A DNA stretch of 64,000 nucleotides from Schmidtea polychroa. Its lineage: Eukaryota. Under the pieces are notes generated by a model. The model was not told where the DNA came from. It made no database searches and worked only from the letters and a program-made list of their open reading frames with translations. The position numbers and the translations under genes were made by a program. The stretch spans positions 121,830,001 to 121,894,000 of the forward strand of contig CM097885.1 in the NCBI GenBank assembly GCA_044892525.1, given 5' to 3'. Positions 40,778-48,859 of the stretch are shown in pieces. How positions within the stretch are numbered: the first letter of the stretch is position 1; each line of letters begins with the position of its first letter.

Positions 40778-41368
40778 TTGGATAATCAAATGGCAGAAGA
40801 AGCTAATGTAAACGCATTTGCCAGATATCGCGCTCTGCCCGTAAAGGTATTCAGCGGTGATCCGGGAGAATTCCCAGAGTTTATGTCTGAATATTATCAG
40901 ATGGCAAAGGCATATGCTTATCCAGATAATATCATGATACAAAGGCTACCCATATATCTGAAGGGGCTGGCAAGAGAAAAATATAATGACATTACAGCAT
41001 TACCAGTTGCTCAAGTACCAAAAACATGGGCCGAAATGAGAGAACAAATGACTGTTCGAATATTGCTCGGAGATGCGGGAAGAATATTTAGACAACAATC
41101 TTACCATCGAAAACAAAATGCCAATGAACATGTGGGGGAATTTGCACACCAGTTATCATTTATTGCCGAAAGTGCATTTGGTCCGAAAACCACATGGGCA
41201 AAGCCAACAGAATTGTTAGTTAAGGATCAACTATGGGCAGGACTTACTCCTACAATGAGGAACGCCCTAATACTAAACACTAGTGATGATTTTGATGAAT
41301 TAACACGGAAAGCTGTCGTAATTGAAAGCAGCTTGGAAAAGTCAACCATGTTCCTTGTAAACAGTTAG
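40778..41368 (+). CDS. Gag capsid-like N-terminal part of element 1
   Basis: LPVKVFSGDPGEFPEFM...RLPIYLKGLAREKY...YHRKQNANEHVGEFAHQL is typical Gypsy-type Gag and aligns with the ORF at 50667-51167. Separated from the downstream frame by a stop and a frameshift. Confidence 0.8.
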   Translation: MDNQMAEEANVNAFARYRALPVKVFSGDPGEFPEFMSEYYQMAKAYAYPDNIMIQRLPIYLKGLAREKYNDITALPVAQVPKTWAEMREQMTVRILLGDAGRIFRQQSYHRKQNANEHVGEFAHQLSFIAESAFGPKTTWAKPTELLVKDQLWAGLTPTMRNALILNTSDDFDELTRKAVVIESSLEKSTMFLVNS

Positions 41369-41381
41369 AGAACACCGGTAG

Positions 41382-44300
41382 TGTTTCAATTGCCATAGAA
41401 AAGGGCATATAGCGAAAGATTGTACCAGCAGGAAAATTATGGACAATCGTAAAAGTATACAATGTACCAAATGTGGATGGAATAACCACGGTGCGGAAAA
41501 CTGTAGAGTACAGAATTTGCAATGTGAGAAATGTAAACGAAAGGGACACGTTGCTGCAGTCTGTAAGACTAGAAGCTCTCAGAACAGCAATAATTTTAGT
41601 ACGGTTAAAAGAGATGATGTAAATTCATCGGGAAAGATAAAATGTCACGGATGTGGGAAATTCGGACATATGATGAGGTCATGTCCTCAGAATCAGAGTG
41701 GAAACACGGGTCAGTTCAATAAAAATACCGATAAGGGTAATGTGAACAAGCCTAAGACGACTTTTATGGTTAATCAGGATCAAGGGTTAACTTATCTGCA
41801 ACAATTGGAAATGGAAATCCAGGAGGAAAAGAATAGGTTGGCTAGATTGACCGACCAAGAAGGCACCATCTTTAAGGTAGAAGTTGGAAGAGATGAATTT
41901 CTTAAAAAAAAGGACTCCATTAGAAAGGACCTTCAGGAAACGGAATCAGAGGAGAGTTCCGATGATGAACCTAGTATGGCCACCATACTAAGCGAGTTCG
42001 ATAGAACCTTTCCAGGGAAAGCAAAGGTAAAAGGAGGGTCAGATACCCTAACAAAATGTTTAAAACTGGTGGATTCCAGATATGAGTACCAGCAGAAGCT
42101 GGCCAGACAATTGGAAAAATTGACAGAAACAGAGATTAAAATTCACGAAATCGATACAGTAGTAAAACTGATATCGCAGGTCGAAGATGATCCAAAGTAT
42201 CATAACGACACGTACAAAATCCTAAGGAAATTAGGAAAACTCATGGAACATGAATGGGACCTCCAAGATGCCCAACTCAATATAAAACTCCCACAGGATA
42301 AAGAGTATAATCTCGATATAAACTTAAGAAATCGAGCCGATAAATTAACGGAAACATTGACAAGTATTAAGCATCAAGGATATGACTTATACTTATGTGG
42401 AATAAAATTAGAAGCAAACCAAACACTTCTACAGAACGGGATACTCCCAGGTAGAGTGACGAAGCTCACAGCAAAGAGTGCACCGAAGCCAGTGGCAGTA
42501 ATGGATCAATATAGTGTATTCTTGATTACTCAGATGGAAATAGAGAGATTGGAGGAAACTCAACAATTAACCCAGCGACTAGGGTTAGAATTGCAGAAAT
42601 CACCACGAGATGGAGAAACTATAAAGGAAATACTTGACTGGATGTTAGTATTACGAATACCAGTAGATTTGTTGGAAGCAATAATTCCACTTATTCTACC
42701 AGTGGTAAAGGAAACAAGCCCATTCCAGACGCAAATAGAAGCACTGATGAGGAAAAATGGGAAAGCTATCCGAAGTCAGCCTGATAGACAAGGCAACATT
42801 AATCTAGACGTGCGAATCATGGGAAAAGAACCATTAACAATGATTTATAATTGTTATATCAAGGTTAAAATATTAAGGAGAGATGTGATTGCCACCGATC
42901 AAACTACAGGTATATTCCTGATAATTGTCCATGGTAGGCAAGTGGATGATCACGAATATCTAGTGGATGTGGGTTGTCTACCGTTAGCAACAACCACGGT
43001 AATGATCATCCCAGTAACTCCACCCGAGTCCCAGTGGTCATTAATGAGACTGCCAGATATAGCAAACGAAATTGCGGAAGAAATCGAGGAAATAAGGCTA
43101 GAGGAAATTAATCCCTGTCAAATGGTGGACATTGACGAGGAAGATTACTTCTCAGAGTATGTCAGATTAAACCCAGGAGAAACAAACCTAGGAGCTACTA
43201 CGTCACAAGCGGTAACAAATCCGGAGACAGAAAAACCCCCGGAGAAAGTGAAAAAAGATGGACGAGGACGTCCTAGAAAGGATCAAATGAAACCTCCACC
43301 CAACGAGCAGTTAAATCCGGAAACGATTCGGAAAATTCAGCTAAAAACATTAGCAGGGATAGCTCAAGAAGTGGACGGCCAGGCGGAAGATGAGACAACG
43401 CCAGAGAGGTCGTTATTGTGGCAACGTATACAACAAATGATCGGGATTATCAGGCCCGAATGGAGAATTCCAAAGATCAAGGGAATCGAAGTAAAGAAGA
43501 TAACGAAAGAGGTTAAGAAGACAATGAATAAAGTATCCAAAGACGTATCAACTGGAAATATTCAGGATGCCATAGAAGCATTCGTACAGCAAGGATTAAC
43601 AAGAGGGAAAGTGGTAACATCGCTTTCACTGTTAATTCAACATGCCTTAGTCCGAGCAGGGGACGATAAAAAACTTATAGAACGAGAAATCGATCAAATA
43701 GTCGAAATGGTAGATTATTACCTTGAGGTATGGATGACCGTAAACAAATTTTGGGAAAAGGAAATGATCCCAAAACCACGATATGAAGTCGTGGAAGAAG
43801 CCATAGATAATGGTAGTCCAGGCACAGGAAACATGACAAGCATGATCCTGATGTTTCTAGTAATGATGGGCATATTAAAACAAACAAATTCACTAACAGT
43901 ATTTGACTGTGGAAATCCTAAACTATCTCGGATATATTCGCTAGTAGATGCAATTGAGTGCAAAGAGGCGTATCCAGAGAAGGTTCATCAAGGGGAAAAG
44001 GTAGAATATTACGTCTACCAAGAGAGTGAATTTTATAGAACCACGATAAAGGAATGTAGAATTCAGAGAGCTACATTTGAATATTATTGCGGTAGTAATA
44101 GCTATTCTGCTTTTCTATCTGCAACATTAATACCAAGGCCAGTAAACATAATGCCCGAAGATTGCCTAGATGCATTTCGAAAAGGAAGCGTGAGGATAGA
44201 TAACGAGGTATCAATCTCGGCAGAAATTGGGAAAACATTGGGAATAACAATCACTCGAGGAGGAACAATTGCCTCAGGTGGAACCGGCAAAGGCAGAAAG

Positions 44301-45482
44301 AAAATTCGCGGTAGTAATTTAGTTTCCTATGTGGTAGACATAGAAGATTACTCAGTAGAGCTACGAGAATATGAGGGAACATTCGATGTGGCCACAGGAA
44401 AATTGATGGCACATCCGCAATGCAATGCCAAGTTCGGTAGTTGTAAAACGGGAACCACTACATTAATTTACGAACAAATGAGAGATCATTGTGAGTTGGC
44501 TTTCCTCAAGAAAATTCCTTTTAGAAAATTAAATGGAACTAAATACCGAGACTCCCAGAATCCAGAAAAGGTGTGGGATAAAGCAAAAACGTTGAAGAAA
44601 ATCAACAAACAAGAGAAGAAAGATATCGGAGAGGAAAACACACCTCTAGTGTTGATATTGGAAGAAGAGACGGACGCAATTCGATTCTTCCGAAAAGATA
44701 AAAAGACTAAATGTGGGAAAAGAGTATACGAGACGAACTACAAAGGAATTTTCCTGTCAAGAGAATATATTCGAAATTCCAAGATCCTACATGTAAAGGA
44801 TATCAAAATCACGAATTATATTAATAATAAAGTAGATTATTTATATCATGACCTGCAAGGACAAATGCAAGATATGTATCAAGAGGTGATACTAAACAAT
44901 TGCAAGCTTAATCGTGAAATAGTCCGAAATAGATTAGCAATATCTATTGTTAACCCAGAGTTGGTTACTCCAATGTTATTAGAAGATGGGATGTTTGGCA
45001 GAATCATGGGAGAAGCTATATATAGCTATGAGTGTAAACCAGTGGAAGTACAATTAGCCAGATTTAATCAATGCACTCTGGAACTGCCAGTATCCTATCA
45101 AGGAAAATTGAGATTTGTCATGCCAGTAACCAGAAAGTTACTTGAAGAAAACGCTAAACCTCAACCAGCAATATGCAACCCGGCAATATCACCGTTATAC
45201 AAAATAAATGACATGTGGATATCTTTGCCGGAAAGAAAACCATCTACACAACGAGTAGAGACCTTGGAGGTAACTAAATTAAAGGATAATATGGGATTCA
45301 AGTCATTAGATGAATTAGCTAAAGGAGGGATTTACACTCCCGATGATATCGAAGAAGCAAGAAGGACACTGCTATTTCCACAAATCAGAGACAGTGGTAT
45401 CACGGAAATTATAAGAACAATTTATTATGATATTTTAATACGACCAGAAAACCAATTTATTATTTGGTCCGGAACACTATAA
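41382..45482 (+). CDS. Polyprotein: 4 CCHC knuckles, UBL-helical-UBL, AT-hook, signal peptide, chuvirus-like glycoprotein ectodomain
   Basis: Frame open from 41382 (CFNCHRKGHIAKDC, upstream of the annotated ATG at 41439), then CTKCGWNNHGAENC, CEKCKRKGHVAAVC, CHGCGKFGHMMRSC. UBL-like segments at about 42270-42476 and 42795-43013; GRGRPRK at 43260-43280; hydrophobic MILMFLVMMGILKQTNS followed by LTVFDCG at 43893. No protease, RT, RNase H or integrase motif. Confidence 0.8.
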   Translation, partial: CFNCHRKGHIAKDCTSRKIMDNRKSIQCTKCGWNNHGAENCRVQNLQCEKCKRKGHVAAVCKTRSSQNSNNFSTVKRDDVNSSGKIKCHGCGKFGHMMRSCPQNQSGNTGQFNKNTDKGNVNKPKTTFMVNQDQGLTYLQQLEMEIQEEKNRLARLTDQEGTIFKVEVGRDEFLKKKDSIRKDLQETESEESSDDEPSMATILSEFDRTFPGKAKVKGGSDTLTKCLKLVDSRYEYQQKLARQLEKLTETEIKIHEIDTVVKLISQVEDDPKYHNDTYKILRKLGKLMEHEWDLQDAQLNIKLPQDKEYNLDINLRNRADKLTETLTSIKHQGYDLYLCGIKLEANQTLLQNGILPGRVTKLTAKSAPKPVAVMDQYSVFLITQMEIERLEETQQLTQRLGLELQKSPRDGETIKEILDWMLVLRIPVDLLEAIIPLILPVVKETSPFQTQIEALMRKNGKAIRSQPDRQGNINLDVRIMGKEPLTMIYNCYIKVKILRRDVIATDQTTGIFLIIVHGRQVDDHEYLVDVGCLPLATTTVMIIPVTPPESQWSLMRLPDIANEIAEEIEEIRLEEINPCQMVDIDEEDYFSEYVRLNPGETNLGATTSQAVTNPETEKPPEKVKKDGRGRPRKDQMKPPPNEQLNPETIRKIQLKTLAGIAQEVDGQAEDETTPERSLLWQRIQQMIGIIRPEWRIPKIKGIEVKKITKEVKKTMNKVSKDVSTGNIQDAIEAFVQQGLTRGKVVTSLSLLIQHALVRAGDDKKLIEREIDQIVEMVDYYLEVWMTVNKFWEKEMIPKPRYEVVEEAIDNGSPGTGNMTSMILMFLVMMGILKQTNSLTVFDCGNPKLSRIYSLVDAIECKEAYPEKVHQGEKVEYYVYQESEFYRTTIKECRIQRATFEYYCGSNSYSAFLSATLIPRPVNIMPEDCLDAFRKGSVRIDNEVSISAEIGKTLGITITRGGTIASGGTGKGRKKIRGSNLVSYVVDIEDYSVELREYEGTFDVATGKLMAHPQCNAKFGSCKTGTTTLIYEQMRDHCELAFLKKIPFRKLNGTKYRDSQNPEKVWDKAKTLKKINKQEKKDIGEENTPLVLILEEETDAIRFFRKDKKTKCGKRVYETNYKGIFLSREYIRNSKILHVKDIKITNYINNKVDYLYHDLQGQMQDMYQEVILNNCKLNREIVRNRLAISIVNPELVTPMLLEDGMFGRIMGEAIYSYECKPVEVQLARFNQCTLELPVSYQGKLRFVMPVTRKLLEENAKPQPAICNPAISPLYKINDMWISLPERKPSTQRVETLEVTKLKDNMGFKSLDELAKGGIYTPDDIEEARRTLLFPQIRDSGITEIIRTIYYDILIRPENQFIIWSGTL

Positions 45483-46120
45483 AGAAGCAGCAAAGAACGT
45501 AATGATGAAAATATGGGAACGATTTACCAATTTTGGTATTTTCGTCGCCGGATGTTCAGGAATCTACGCAGTATTTGTAATTTTAAAGCTGATAATTACA
45601 CAACTAATGTCAACATATAGCATATTCAAAATTGGGAGATGGTATTGGAAACTGCTATTAGGATTATGTCCTATGTGTGCAGAGTTTGCATTATTCAAAC
45701 ATCACAGAAAAGAAATTAAAGAAATTAGACAGAAACATTTGGTCAAGCATGAAGTAATTGGAACAGAAATGGAGGAGTATTCTAGTTATCGGGACGATAA
45801 CAATTCAAAGGGAGGAGGTAATGGAGGCTCTCGTGAAACATCTTCAAGACAAAATCAACCACGAAAACAGAACTACAACAAAAAACCGACTCACCAACAA
45901 AGAAAATCGAGATTTAAGGAATATCTCCCTCCATATGACCAATCAAAGGAAATCTACGTGAGAAGACAGTCATCAGAAGGAGAATATGACAGTTCCGACC
46001 AAAAATTCGACATAAGATCACCCAGATTCAAGAGAAGTCCAAGATATGTACAATTGCCAACTTTGAGGAGTTTACCATCCGCACCAAACGATGGGCGGGA
46101 ACATTCAAGGGAAACAACAA
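45439..46120 (+). CDS. Env membrane-proximal region, transmembrane anchor and cytoplasmic tail (frameshifted from the main ORF)
   Basis: LLFGPEHYKEAAKNVMMKIWERFTNFGIFVAGCSGIYAVFVILKLII fits the membrane-proximal plus TM pattern of chuvirus-like glycoproteins; the frame runs into the 3' LTR remnant. Confidence 0.7.
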
Positions 46121-46146
46121 CGACTACATACCCATCGAACCTAACA

Positions 46147-47542
46147 CAGGTTTCCTCTCGGTTTTGTTCAAAGATCTTGCTTCGCTAATTCAAAACTAAT
46201 CAACTTTATTGATTTTGTTGAGGATACCTAAATAATAAATTTAAATAATTAATAAATGCGTAAAATGATTGGAGGGAAATCATAATAAATGAATGGAGTG
46301 TTGTCCTAGAGCACAGTAAAATAAGAGTAGAAGAGAGATATTGAAAAATCAGAAGAACACAGAAGAAAATCAATAAAAACAGACAATTAAATAAAAGAAA
46401 GTCATTCTTATTTAACAAGTACAAGCATAAAAGAAGCAAAACAAATTTAAATTATCTTTTTATCTCCATGGCCTATTTGAGATAAGTGTTGAGGTCCTTA
46501 AATTAAAATAAATTTAAATGAAATTTAGGTTAATAATCTAAATAAAAAGTAAGTGAAGAAAAAAGACAAATAAAAGCGTGATCATGCACAGAATCGATAG
46601 TAAAGGAAAGTGTGATTCAAGCAGTATTAGAAAATGCCAAAAGCAATTACGAAAGGCAAGAATCCGAAAATCCGAGAAAAATCAATAAATTGTAAAATTA
46701 TCGAAATCGAATTGGGAAAACGGGACAGGTATAGAGTAGCTAATGGTCAACAAGATGATGGTTAGGGATTTATCAGAAAATGGTTAGGAAGGGTCGAAAA
46801 GCATCCAAATGTGTAAAAACAGAAAATGTTGATTTATTAATTAATTGGCTAATAGAAAACCTGAGCTAATGGGAAACCCGAGCCAGTGAGAACCCGAGAG
46901 ATGAAGGAAACCCGAGCTGGGTAAACAAGAAGAAAAGTAAACAGAAGGAAGATTTGGGCCCATTAGCTTGACACAATGATTAATTGGAAAAGAGCAAGGA
47001 GAAGATAGTGCGTGTAGAAAGGCCGGAAGGGCCATTAATTATCTTAGCTCGTTGGACCATTATGGGTGACAGCCGAAGCAGATACGTGGAAGCAAATGTC
47101 AAATGAAAGATTGGCTTGGCAATAACCATTTATCATCCCGATTTCGAGAAGTATATAAGGAAAGGGAGAATCAGAGCAAATCGGCATTTTGCCTCAGGTT
47201 GGGTAAGAAGAAACTGAGCTTAGGAAAAGGCGAAAACGAATCTAGATTAAGGAAAAAGAAGAGATAGAATAAGAATAAAAAGCGTGAAAAGGATCAAATC
47301 AAAAAGAGAAAAAAGGAAAACGTTGGTCAAGAGAACCTAAGAAACTAAAAGGTGAATATTATCTTTATCAAAGCATCAACACCGAGCGGAGAACCAGTCA
47401 AACGGAACTTTGATTATTAATTGTAAAGTGGTGATAAAGGATTGTGAATTTATTATTTCAATATACGTTGGGTCGTTATTGTTTGATTTAAAGGACACGA
47501 GGAGTCAGAGGGAACCGACTTAAAGTAATCTAAAACCCAACA
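46147..47542 (+). mobile_element. Solo LTR of a sister family, interrupted near its left end (about 39700) by element 1
   Basis: Ends AAAACCCAACA; aligns with the inverted LTR at 51327-52215 (AATATACGTTGGG...ACACG.GGAGTCAGAG...AAAACCCAACA and the AACCCGAGC repeat block) and with 33900-34200. Confidence 0.7.
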
Positions 47543-47629
47543 TAAGGATAAAGGAACATGGGAAATCCGAAAGATGAGATCGTCAAAAATATATAAGTAA
47601 TGATATTACTTTATAGGTCAAAGACCAAA

Positions 47630-48855
47630 TGTGAAGCAGTTCAGAGTATATTGCGTAATTCAATACAATGTGTTAGTTATTACGCAATATACATTACTAT
47701 TTAAGAGTGATCACTCTATGTTAATGTAAATAAATCTTTAGATGGAACCAATTGTTGTAACTGGTGACCACGCCGAAAATGTTCACACAATGACGACTCG
47801 AGGAGAAGGGAAAAAGTCTGCAAGAGTCTCACTACCGAAACGTGCGCAAGAACTCTTGGATATGGAAACTAGAAGATACGACTGCAGATGTACCAAGGAA
47901 GCTGAAAAATGGATATAGGCAATTAATGATTGGATCGCTAGGAATGATTTGAAGAGGACAGAAGCATTTGATTTTCTCCTTTGCGATGAAGTGGCTACGC
48001 TGTGGAAAAATTTCAAAACAGAAAAAACAACAGATAAAACAGCTAAAGAATGGTTTTCCGAAACATTTACAATTAAATTGACTATTATAGACAAGATTAA
48101 TGAACTTGCTGCAATTAGACAAGAGGAAAATGAGAGATATTCTACCTTCGAAATCAGGGTATTAAAATTAGTGAGTGAAGTTATTAATTCAGGAATGAGG
48201 GTAGAGGAGATTGCCAATGAAATTATAACTGGACGAGTCAGAGATAGAAGATTAAAGGATGTTCAAACAATAAAACCAACGATGACAGCAGAAGAACGAA
48301 ATCAACTGGCCAAAATTTACGAGAAAGTGGAATCAAAAGAAAAGACAGAAGAAATTATGGTAATAAAGAAGAGTAGTTACGCGGAAGCAACAAGAAGAAG
48401 GAATTCAGAAACGTTTGCAAGAGAAACAAATGGAAGTAACACCAATGTATTAAGAAGCCAAGGAAATTACAGAAGAGAGAATTTACCAGATAATTCATAT
48501 AACAGAAATAACGAAATGAATCATACAGTCGAATGGAATGTGCAGAGAAGGACACCGATGGTTTCACTTAAACACATCGCCAAAAGATTATAAAATCGAT
48601 CTCGAGACCTTCCTGATCCAAGAAACGGCTAATTAAAGCCAGGCCAATGTTTTTTCTGTGGAGAATATTGGCATAGAAGATATGAATGTCTACTAAAAGA
48701 TAAATGTTTGATATGTTTTCCGTGATTGTTATTTATTAAGAAAGAAAGAACAACAGAACTATGAGAAAAAGGAAATGATAGCTTGTGTGCATGACGAAGA
48801 AAACGGAAGAAATTACTCGTATGATGCAGAAACAAGAGAATCAATTAATGATTAT
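47630..48855 (+). mobile_element. Truncated LTR retrotransposon 3 (unrelated family): short LTR, PBS and gag pseudogene
   Basis: About 130-bp LTR-like segment, PBS-like TGGTGACCACGCCGA at 47762, gag-like frame from ATG 47790 with internal stops and knuckle CFFCGEYWHRRYEC at 48648. Confidence 0.6.
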
Positions 48856-48859
48856 GCAA

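Larger units (their letters stand above)
39726..46146 (+). mobile_element. pol-less LTR retroelement 1 (Gypsy-like) carrying gag, tandem UBL domains and env
   Basis: 4-bp TSD CAGG (39722-39725, 46147-46150); 5' LTR TGTTGGGTTC...GAACCTAACA; the 3' LTR survives only as its last 26 bp (46121-46146 identical to 40665-40690); PBS follows the 5' LTR. Confidence 0.9.

Noticed and set aside
41340-41440. Programmed ribosomal frameshift or readthrough between gag and the long ORF
   Set aside because: The break lies inside Gag before the zinc knuckles, needs both a frameshift and a TAG bypass, and has no clear slippery heptamer; mutational decay is simpler.
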